Source: Sphaerodactylus townsendi (taxonomy: Eukaryota). From it: a DNA stretch of 64,000 bases. Shown here in pieces: positions 13,549 to 24,289 of this stretch (the first letter of the stretch is position 1; each line of letters starts with the position of its first letter). Position numbers and translations under genes: made by a program. Under the pieces are notes generated by a model that made no database searches, was not told the DNA's origin, and saw only the letters and a program-made list of their open reading frames with translations. The stretch is from NCBI RefSeq assembly GCF_021028975.2, contig NC_059429.1, forward strand, positions 91,016,001 through 91,080,000, given 5' to 3'.

Positions 13549-15797
13549 GGCTGCAAAACAAAGGTTTAAAAACATACAGTAAACACACAATCATAAGGTG
13601 CTTTCTAGTGCTTACTAGAAAGAATACTTGCAAAAAAAATGGAAATAGAAGTCCTTACCACATGTGCAAAGTTCTCCCAGCAAAGTAGAGACAAAGCATC
13701 AACAAAGACAGAGAAAAGGAAAACATAACTGGTAACACTGGCCGTTTCTGCACGGTCAAAATATCCTGGGTTCAGAAGCATATCAAGTGAAAATGGTGCC
13801 TAGGAACAACACCTCCTCTGGGCATCCCCCTGCTCAGGGGGGGGGGGGGCTCAGTGATGGGGCTTGGAAACCTAACATACGGCACTGATAGAAAATATTC
13901 TTTCCCTAATAACACACCATATCAAAAACATTATGTGTTTAGGTATTGGAAGATTCACCATGGCTGGGCTTCTGTCAGCTAATTTGCATGATTAATGCTG
14001 ATTGGCTGCTTGCTGGAAATTATACCGTATGATTGGAAATTATGCAGCAGTGCTTTCTTGAAAGTGGACTATTTTTCATTGATAGTGGACTGTGGAAACC
14101 TTTGTATGATCCTGATATGAAAAGGACGAAGGTTGCATTGTCTTATGGCATAAATTAAAATTAAACTGGATGTATGATTAATTAAATAATGTGACAAAAA
14201 CAGATAGAGTCTTGGCTCTGGTTGACACAGGGATTAGTTAGCTTCCATTAATTTAATTTCAATGCCAAACCACTTTAATGAACTGTTTTAATGTTAGAAC
14301 ATACAAATGGAGAAACCAGAAGTACTTGTGGGGGTTATTTTCCCCACACCACCTTCTCCATACCATTTTTCTATTTCTATCCTCATGGTAGTCCCCATAG
14401 CCTATCTCCTTTTCTTGTTTCTTTTTCTTTTACCCACCCACCAGTCAATCAGTCTTGATTTACCCCCTTCCTGTCTTCAGCTTTCATTCCTTCCTTCCCA
14501 TTGCAATCTCTGTCTAGGAAAATCTCTTAGGCTCAGTTTCATTGTGGGAAACTTACAAGGACTTGTAGGAGTCACTATGTCCTGTTGCAACACTAATTTC
14601 CTACTTTTCTTTTCCCTGGCAACCTTTCCATGTTTCCTTCTCTTCTTCCACCCATCTACCAGCCTATCATTTATCAAACCCACCTCATTTTCAATTTTAT
14701 TTATTATTTGTTAATGTTTTTATACCCTGTTTGTCTCCACAAATGGAGGATTCTCCTCCATTTTATCCTCAGAATAATTACATGAGATAGGTTAGGTTGC
14801 AAAAATTAAGTCATCAGGTGATTGCTGTCAGGCCTGATCTCAATGAATCCTCCCTCAAAGGTCAAAACAGCCCTGAAAAATCTCTTGCATCCTCCTCCTT
14901 GGTATTGATGGACAGAATTCAGGACAGATTTATATATCTACAGAATTAGATATATTGACACTCACCCAATTCTCCATGCCACTTTGCTTTCCACCCATCT
15001 ATCCAGCATTCTCCTCAGCATGGTCCCCACACAGGCAGACAATCCTTCTCACCTGCTCCACATCACCTCTTCTGTGCCCCTATGGCTGCCCATCATGGCA
15101 GCACAGCCCCCTCAGACTCTGTGGCAGTGCATAGCATTTCAGCTTGACCTACAGGTTGCTCAGACAGGAGTTTCCCAGGGGAGGAGGAAGAAGGAGAAGC
15201 AGCAGTGCTGCCTCTTCTGAGCCACATGTAGCTGATGCTTGACTCTCAGTTTTGCAGTAAGCATTTTTTCCCCTTCTCAAATAAAAGGAGAGAGGGAGGC
15301 AGATGCAGTAGCTGCTCCAGCAGAGGTGTGTTGCAAGCATTGTTTGGGGTGATTTCACCATACATACTGTTCTATTTTCTCCAGATTAGGAAGCACATAT
15401 ATTGATACTTTGTAAAAGAGTTTGGTTTTTAATTTTTAAAGTTACAGATTAAACCATTATAAAATGAACCAATTTATACCCTTAGCAAGTAAAGTTCAGT
15501 AATGTTGTGACTCCCTTTGGCTTCCTCCCAGTCAGAAAACCGGGTAACACACCCTTTATCCTATGTGAATGGCAAGTCAACCTTCCATTAGATCACCAGA
15601 TTATTTCCCTATGTCTTAGTTTATGCATGGAAGTGAGGGTCTGAGATGTGCAATAAGAGCCAGGCTTTGTAACAGTATCTATGGCTGTTAACACCACAAA
15701 TGAGGAGTTGGCAAGCCCTTTCCCAATTATACAAACTGGAAGAAAGTGAATGAGGTAAACATATGACTACATTGCTGATGTCTGCAACACCTCCTGA

Positions 15798-16211
15798 CAG
15801 TGGCGAAGCTACAAGGGGATGGGGGGTGCACTGTGTACTGGGCGCATGCCTGGGGGGCCTGGAAAATCACCCCCAGGCCCCTCCCCTTTTCCCCCTCCCC
15901 CGTGGACCCCCCTTTCCCCTTCCCCCCTTAGTTCCTTTCCTTTTTGAGAACTTTTTCAGGCTGCAAAAGGCCTGTTTGCCGTAAAAACTCCTTGGGGAAC
16001 TACAGTTCCTAGGAGACCTTGGGGCTCACTTGGGAAGTATAGTTCCCATCAGGCTGTTTTTACTGAGAACAGTCCTTTTGCAGCCTGAAAAAGTTCTCAA
16101 AAAGGAAAGGAACTAAGGTAAGGGGGAAGGGGGTGCCGCGGGGGTCGCTGTGGGGAGGGGCAGAAAATATAAAATGTGCACCGGGCGCAGTTTGGCCCAG
16201 CTCTGCCTCTG
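15798..16211. mobile_element. non-autonomous hAT MITE with long internal inverted repeat
   Basis: TIRs CAGTGGCGAAGCT / AGCTCTGCCTCTG. 8-bp TSD CCTCCTGA / CCTCCCGA. Internal arms at ~15905-16010 and ~16030-16145. Confidence 0.85.
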
Positions 16212-19200
16212 CCTCCCGATATATATACTGTGATTGCCACAATTCATTGATCTGGGGATACAACAATGCATTGGATACCTAACTTTACATTATTGGGCCC
16301 CCAGTTACTTCACTCATAGTGGAAAAGTTAACTTAGGAACTTCTTTCTCCTATCTTCCCAATCATTGGCCTTAGTTGGGGGACTTGTGATGTCAGATTTC
16401 TGGAGCAAGGAATATATTTTTCACATAAAAGGGATAGGCCTCTAATTCTGAAAAGACCTAGAAAGTATTCTGATGACCACTGTATGGATTGATTGTTTAA
16501 TTATGTACAGCTGCACTGTGCTTTTGACAAATTCATAATTTGAACAGTTCAGCTCTAACACAGACTACTGTTTGGTGTGCTCCTTGACACTTCGTAAATG
16601 GATTGCCAAATGGTAGCATGCCAAAATGTAATTATGCTTGTGACAAACAGTTAAGACCACTGGCTCACTATGAGCATAAGGATATTGTAGGTTTCTGGCC
16701 AAATGCATACTTATTGTGAGAACTGGCCTTAAAGACAGAGATTGTTACCACTTGGTTATCTCATTTGACAACTTTGGACACCAGAAAGGACAATCACTAG
16801 GAAACAGTAGCGTGAGCCTGAACACTCAAATAAGGGATATATTGGAAGCTAAACATAATGTGACATATTTATGTTTGTGCCCCTGCCTTTATTTCTTCAT
16901 TTAGATTTTTGAGTGCCAATATGCTGCCTTGGACACATTAGATAAATTAAGATGACAAAATTCAATACAGAAATTAGGATCATTAACATCCTAACCAACC
17001 TGCCAATATTACAAAAGGAAAATAATAATAACAGAAGCTTGCCAAATTCCCATCATAGTAATGACCTATATCAGAGTGTTTGTCCATTTCAGACAAATCC
17101 CTAGAATTATGTCTTTCTACTGAAGCATGAAGCATTGTCGTCTGTCAGGCACTGGATATGAGAGTTTATGGATGAGTGGTTTGATTCTGGCAAGCAAATC
17201 CCTTGTTGTTATTCTCTAGATCATAGGTCTTTTGTCATGTGACTTCCTGAGTGTTTCATAACACCATGCAGAATTCTTTGTCTTAGAGGAATTGCATTTA
17301 CATATTAAACAATAATTCCTCAGGTGTTATCCAGGATCCTTTGAAATGCCTTGTCTTTGATTAAAGTGATCTTTCTGCTAATCATATGTTAGTTATCCTT
17401 TTCAGAAATCTAAGAATCCTTCAACTGGTAAACAGTAGGAAAATAGCCTATATATATAGATGAATCTAAATGCAAGTACCCCAGTTCCGTGGACAGCAGT
17501 AGATGATAGGCTGTTAAAATTATCTCCTTTACCTTAACCTTCAGCACAGTATCTATCATGGGAAGGCTTACATTATGATAATGAATGTTTGCCTTGATTT
17601 CAAAGGATGACACAAGCTTTTCATGTTTCATACAAAATTTAAAATCTGAATGAAACTGCTAGCATTACTAGAGGGTTTGTATAGCATTGCATAAGTAAAT
17701 ATTATTCTGATCCATTACTATTGGAGAAAAAACCCTTCAAAACAGTTGGTAAATGATTATTTTCTGGATGTTTTAACAATATTGTTTTGAAATAAATTTC
17801 AATCATAAAATACTTGAAGCAATTTTTAGAAAGAATTAGATTTCTTATTTTGAAACACAATATTTTCTATCTAAAGACTTTGATTATCAGATTTACAGCT
17901 ATTTCTTTTTTTAAAAATTCCTGTTCTCTTCAGACAGTAATAGCAATAGATTAAAATACAAACAGACAAGCTGCTCTCCAGGCAAAGGCATGGTTTTTAC
18001 AAATACATGCTCTCTTCTGCTGATGACATTTCTTCCAATGACAAAAGGTCACAGAACTAATTAATGGCAAATCAGAGCCATGAAAAATGGATATTAATGA
18101 AGTGTAACTCTGAGTAATAAAGCTATAAGTAACCCCTGATAACAAACACGTTTTCCTAATAACATCTTCAATTATCTTCATTAATGCTTCTCCATAGCAA
18201 GATGTACCAGCTAGACTCTCAGCAGCATGGGCAGCAGAAGATTTGGTATGTGCCCTTTGGATACTTTCCCTTTAACATACTCAGCAAAGAGTATGTTGAT
18301 GAGAGGCTTTAATGATGATAATGTGCATTTATCTTAATTTTTGAGGGAGACATATGCTTTGTGTGTGTCATGAGGAACTGGAAAATTCAATAAGATTGCT
18401 TGAGTTACTCAGGAAATTCATGGGCCTCATGGGATATGTGAAGCGTTTGTGCCTGTCAAATGTTTATAGTCCTGCTTTCATAACCATGCAACTGCTAGGT
18501 TTGCTGTCACTGAACTTGAGTCCATCACTGCTGTACTTGTCTCAGTCACATGTTCAGGCTGAATGGCATCGGTGTGTTTAATGCATGCATCCAGAATGTC
18601 TCTCTCTCCTCTTCAGTAGATGCTGAAATACAAAACTGATTATTATAGACTTTCAGTTAACTGAAACTTCAGCTACTTATCTGAGTGCTTCAAGGTCATG
18701 AAATGACTGAACAGTACAACCTGCATTCATTGTAATCTAATGTGCTCACATATACATGTTTTAATAGATCTTGTGGTCATGTGCACATATAATCACTCAT
18801 GGGGCTTGCATAGCATGGATCACATCTTTAGAATTATAATTTGCAAATGATCTTACATAGAAATGTCTGGTACAAGAAGGACCTCCAAATACATTTGTTT
18901 TAAGACATAGCCAAAATGATGTGCTAGACCAGCTATCTGAAAGCTTATTGTAAAGGCTAAAGCAGCGAGTAGCAGAAGCTGTCTTACATTGAATCAGACT
19001 AATGATTTGCCTTGTTTAAGCCTCTATGCCAGTGATGTCTCATGTTGCCTCAGAAAATGTTGTTCTCATATTCGAAATGTGTCCTTCCCAAATGCTTGTA
19101 CTGCCTGTGTCAGAGACTGAAGGGATAACCTTTAGCATGCTTGATGCTACCAAATCTCAAACTCTCCCTTAAATACAAGTTATAGTATCCTACTGAAAAA

Positions 19201-19819
19201 AGAAATCAATTAAAATTTCTTTTAATTAATGAAAAGCACTTGCCAAACAGTTATAGGATTCCTGTTGCATCCGAACAAGGAATGGCTATATCAATAATGC
19301 ATGGATAAATGCCTACAATGTTAGCCAATATCAGGATGATGGTAGTACAGATGAGGATGGAAATGTTCAGGACTTCACGGCATTCCCAGTGACATTACAG
19401 CAAGCCCCATGTGATTCTACCTGTTTCTGAAACTCAGCAGTATTTGCTAATTTATTGTGCCAATTTACTAGCAAATAGCTCAAATTGTCAAAGTCTGATT
19501 CCAAGATTTGGGGGAGGCAGGGCTTGTCTATAGAATTAGTCAACTTTCACAGCCTTCCCAAAGCTACTTAACTGATGCAACAATTAGTGGAAATTGAAAA
19601 CAGTGAGGCACAAAATGGCATCAGGACGATCCTGTTTGGCATAAACTCATTTAGTTGGACAGAGTTTCTGTCACAAACATATCTGCATATGCTTTGACAC
19701 TCTATCTCTTGCAGTTTTTCACATTACCCATAAAAATGAAAGCAAAGTGCAAAGTGCCAGAATAACCTATCACACTGAATGATTTAAGATTTGTCTGAAG
19801 TAGTACAAATACATTTACT

Positions 19820-20050
19820 TTTATTTAGATATTTATATCCTACTTTCCTGTCCAATGGGGAACCCAAAGCAACTTAGAAAATTATTCTTATGTCCTTCAT
19901 TTTATTCTTACAACAGCCATGTGAAGACGTTAATCTAAAAAAGTGTGTCTTGCCCAATGACACTTTTACACAAAGAACTTAAGTGGCAGATGAAGGATTC
20001 AAACCTGTATCTCCAAGAATCTAATCTTATACTAACTATTGCACCATGCA
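19820..20050 (-). mobile_element. old Squam3/MIR-related SINE
   Basis: TTTAGATATTTATATCC tail, CATTTTATTCTTACAACAGCCATGTGA core and reversed B box GGATTCAAACC. Confidence 0.65.
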
Positions 20051-20170
20051 GTAGCAAATGACCCTGGAATTAGCCATTTATAAATAGGCATTTTGGGGGC
20101 TGAATCTGGTTAATTACCTTCTTGACAGCTAATCCCTGGGGAAGTTCTCCATAGTAACTTCTCTCACTTA

Positions 20171-20311
20171 GGGCCTTTCCACACATGCAGAATAATGCAC
20201 TTTCAATTCACTTTCACAATTGTTTGCAAGTGGATTTTGCTGTTCTGCACAGCTGCAAAGTGGATTGAAAGTGCATTGAAAGTGCATTATTCTGCATGCA
20301 TGGAAGGGACC
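20171..20311. mobile_element. PIF/Harbinger MITE (palindromic)
   Basis: Long TIRs (..CATGCAGAATAATGCACTTTCAA / TTGAAAGTGCATTATTCTGCATG..). Flanks TTA/TCA. Same family as 39048-39188. Confidence 0.85.
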
Positions 20312-20569
20312 TCAGAAGACATTTGTCTAACATAGATGTTAGACATTGGTCTAACAAATATTATAAAGCAATATATTAAAATGCTGAATGTGTTGATTTA
20401 TTCTTGATGTCAGTGGAATGATATCTGCTACATTTATTAGAAGATCACACTCATACAGATATATTTCCTTTTAATAATAGGTTTCAACCAGAAAGGTTAA
20501 AAAAAAAGGAGATGATCCTTTGGTGCCTGGCCACTTAAATATATGTGTACTTTTTGTTGATCTTACTCT

Positions 20570-21111
20570 GGCCGTTTCTGCACGGCCCATGTATGACGGC
20601 CTGGGGGCGCCAAAAAAGGCGCCCCCAGGCCGCCGTTCGCACAGGCGCCGCTGCTGCAACGCAGCAGCGGCGACCTGACTCTTCTTCCCTCCCCCCAGGG
20701 CGGCGTCAAGCCACCCTAAACAACAACCCTTTAAAGGGTTGTTGTTGGGGAGAAAGCGTCTAATGTGGCGCGGTGGGAACCGCGCCTTTGCCGAAAAGAC
20801 GCTATAATCTCCGCCCCCACTCGATTGTCCTCCTGCGTGCTGTGGGGCGTCGCAGGCGTGTATTTTACTGTCCTCCGACCTCCAGGGGTCGGAGGGCAGT
20901 GTGGGCAGGGCTGCAACGCCCCGCAGGCAACGAGGAGGACACCGTCGTGGGGCAGCTGAAGGCGCTGACTCGTCTCCGTGCGAAGCCGCCTGCATACTGC
21001 CGGCCTCGCCTTTACCTGCTACCGCACGCATGCGTGCAATAGGCTCCATTGCCCGACGCCGGCAGAACTCCTGCCGGCGTGGGAGCGCCTCCTGGCCGTG
21101 CAGAAACGGCC
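20570..21111. mobile_element. PIF/Harbinger non-autonomous element, young
   Basis: Perfect 18-bp TIR GGCCGTTTCTGCACGGCC and 3-bp TSD TCT. CpG-rich, with internal palindrome AACAACAACCCTTTAAAGGGTTGTTGTT. Confidence 0.9.
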
Positions 21112-21199
21112 TCTGAGATTATAATTCTGTCTTCCAAACATTGCCTGATATTCTGAATCCATTGATTCTTGAAATAGTGGAAACAGATAGTTGTAGCAC

Positions 21200-21413
21200 T
21201 ATTGAAGGCTTTCACGGCTGGTTGTGGTGGGTTTTCCAGGCTGTGTAGCCGTGGTCTGGTAGATCTTATTCCTAACATTTTGCTTGCATCTGTGGCTGGC
21301 ATCTTCAGAGGTGTATCACAAAGAGAAGTCTGTAACAGTGTGTATGGAAATGTTAGGAACAAGATCTACCAGACCACAGCCACACAACTTGGAAAACCCA
21401 CCACAACCAGTTG
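21200..21413. mobile_element. Penelope-like element terminal remnant in inverted arrangement
   Basis: The minus-strand arm (CTCTGAAGATGCCAGCCACAGATGCAAGCAAAATGTTAGGAA...GTGAAAGCCTTCA) faces a plus-strand arm (GAAATGTTAGGAACAAGATCTACCAGACCAC...CAACCAG). Confidence 0.75.
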
Positions 21414-21612
21414 GAGCACTGGTCTCAGTTTCTTATAACTCCAGTAAACAGAGTAATCTGTACAGTCAGTCTTGGAATCTTTTATGTCAGTTTTCAGTAC
21501 TGTTAAGAGCAAGACTGTTTTCAAACTGTGATTCTATGATACTGATGCACCTGAAACAACCATGCTAATAACTCGACAGTTATACAGCTTTGGCCCTTGT
21601 CTGCTGAGATAG

Positions 21613-21930
21613 TGTAAAGGTTTCAATGGTGTTGATTCTCAGCACAGCCGCTTGGCCTTGACTGAATTCCAGGACTCGGGCGATGGGCCAGAAGCGGCGG
21701 CTATTTCCCTGGTAGAGGCCTTATCTCACAGAAAGAGATGAGAATGCCGTTCCCATGAGAATGGGACTGGGGAAACCGGGAGGGGGATGGGACGGAAAAG
21801 CTTATAACCTGTGGTTCTGGCGGGAGACTTCATTCCTGTCACGGCGTGTACGTGAGCTTTCTAAGATGTCTGAATAAACGGTCTTTCAACCAAAAAAGCC
21901 TTTTATTTCTGCTCTATGGAATTCCTTACA
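21613..21930 (+). repeat. 5' LTR of element A (318 bp)
   Basis: TGTAAAGG...CCTTACA. TATAA at 21803, initiator-like TCATTC at 21830, AATAAA at 21873. Confidence 0.97.
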
Positions 21931-21932
21931 TT

Positions 21933-21943
21933 GTGACAGGAAT
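21933..21943 (+). promoter_or_regulatory. self-priming PBS of element A
   Basis: GTGACAGGAAT is the exact reverse complement of ATTCCTGTCAC at 21832-21842, the predicted transcript start. Confidence 0.85.
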
Positions 21944-21989
21944 CCTCTTCATTTTACTTCTAAATATCAGTGGACCTCTGGGTTTCCGG

Positions 21990-24185
21990 CATGCAGAGGT
22001 TGAATATTCCTGAAACTGTGGAAGGCACGGTAGCCCCCATAGAGGGCTCCGAACCTTCCCTTCCTGACTTGGAAGAACCAGTGGGAGAACGGGTCTCGCT
22101 GGTAACTCTCTCCCGTCCTCGCCTCCACACGAGTCTTCCCTTACTTCGTTGGGATGAGGGACACGGAAACGATCATGCGGAGTTGCATGAGTCGTTTGGG
22201 GCGCTGTCTATGGATCGTGCGCCTGTGGATCGGATCTCTACCCGTTTTCGTGTGGATTACAAACCTCAGATGCAACGTGTCGCGGAGGAGATGGGTGTGA
22301 CCACCGTTCATGCGGCTACCCAGGAGTTCCATTGAACGGTTCCTTGACTTCGTATTTCGATGTTACGTATTCAAGAATCCACAGTGGCATAGCAATCGGG
22401 TCAATCGTCCCAAGACGCCAGTTGATACCGGGACTCAGTTAGCGGGATCGGGGATTGGGAGAAGAGGTTTCCGAGTCATTCTCAACCGGGCCCCTCAGAT
22501 CCGGGACGTAGCATAGCTGAAGCACAAGAGTATTCGCTGGAGTCGCGTCGGTGGACTTGAGGTGCTGCTCTCCGATGCCGAGGAGAATCCGAAGAAAGTC
22601 ATGACTCATCCGGATTTACTCCCGTCCAAAGAAAACTGGAACGAGGAAGTGGCCCCGACTGCAAGATGCCCAAGAAGGCGTGTGGAGCGTGAGCGCCAGG
22701 CTAAGTGGGAGGAGGAACGAGAACAGCTAAAAGAAAGCGTGAGAACCTGCAAAGAGACCGTGAAAACAGCGCAAAGCACATCTAAGCTTCGAACTGGACC
22801 GAGCCAAAAGACGGCGTTGCAACGGCAATATAAGCAGGATTTATCGATCCATGATAAGTGGTCCTGGAGCACTCTAGAATGGACCTGGAACGTCAACGCG
22901 AAGGCATTAAAGCCATCCGTCGACGCAGAGTGAACTAATCTGCGTAGCCATGCAACGACCGAAATAGCCAAATTGGACCGAGAAAAGCGGCCCTGCATGC
23001 GATCAAAGATGCCTTTATTCCCGCAAGGAGATAGGGTCATGAAGCTGTCTTGGAGCAGGAGTTGAAGAAACAGCGGGATAGGACCTTTGAGTTGGTACTT
23101 TCGCTTATCACCCAAAGCGCCCAACGATCAATGCCCCTCCTCGGAGCCACAGCTTCTAGGTCCTACTACTTATATGCACATTCCGCCTCCCAAGGACCAT
23201 GCTTTCGCCAAAGAGGGGTCAGCGGTGCGCCAGGCCCAGTGCCTCCATCAATCGATTACTGCGTCTTCCCCCTCCGCCGCATCAACCAGCGCCCAACCCG
23301 CAGTCTCCAGCGGGCCTCCAAGGGCCATGGAGAGGGGATACCACAGGCCCCTGATCCCACGTCTGCAAGTTTCGACGGGACCGCTTCTAAACTTCCCTAC
23401 TTCATTGCTGCAACTTCGATGCACAGTATGGAGGAGTATGGCTGACTTATATCGGTATTCTGACAGGCATTGAGAAATGCGGGACATCCCGGGTCTGTAC
23501 AAGATGGGGTGGCTGCTGACTGGTTTTGTGACTCTTTTGAGCTGCAAGCGGATATACTCGACAGTGGCTGCATTTCTTCAAGCCTTCACGGGCTCCTCGC
23601 TTCCAAGATCCGGACGCTGAAAATGAAGCCATCCGCGCCATAAAAATCTATTCGGCAGGGCAACCCATTACTTTTGCCGAATTTTGCTGCGTTAATTCGC
23701 GTGCGGGCGGCTGCTCGACTTCACTCCTGAGTGGCCTGAACGCATGAAATGTGGAGAATACTTCTCTTCGATGCCATTGACATCGTAAAACTTTCTGAAC
23801 GGTTGTTTCTCATCCGTATCCCTCGCGCATCTATTGCTGAATGGATCGAATTGGGATCTTCAAATGGCGGCGTTCGTTTGGATACGTCGGCTGGCTTTCG
23901 GTGTCGTCCACGCCCAAACCCCGCTTCTCTGTTTAACGCCTAGGCGACTGCGCAAGTCAAGCTCCAGCCGTCTCTACCGAAAACCACCTCCGAGCATGCG
24001 ATGCGTCATTTGGGATTGTGCGCTCTATTGGAGGAGGTGACCAGGGCCATCTGGCTGCCAACTGCCCGAAAAAAAACAGAAGTCCACCGCTCCGACCCCA
24101 CGCACCCCCCCTCTGCCAAATGGCAATATCGGAGATCGGGTCCTCCTCCAGCAGGCTCGTCTAAAGCTGTTGCCGAAGGCTAAGA
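21990..24185 (+). pseudogene. gag: gag of element A (frameshifted in this assembly)
   Basis: Coiled-coil segment RVERERQAKWEEEREQLKE, capsid-type motif ASFDGTASKLPYFI (~23365) and CCHC knuckle remnant GLC..(C)....GHLAANCPKK (~24010-24075). Bounds approximate. Confidence 0.75.
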
Positions 24186-24289
24186 TCCCGAGGAGAGTGG
24201 CTATTTGCCTCTCATCAGCACCCATGGATGTGGATCCTACTCCTGATGCTTGTTGAGTGAAGGCAGCACCCTGCCATTACTGTTCAAGC

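Noticed and set aside
19257-19430. 57-codon open frame after an AG (DSCCIRTRNG...) as a possible exon
   Set aside because: Weak polypyrimidine tract, no recognisable protein, and a length expected by chance.
20471-21116. CpG island or 192-aa ORF suggesting a promoter or gene
   Set aside because: The CpG-rich part is bounded exactly by Harbinger TIRs and a TSD; the ORFs reflect high GC.
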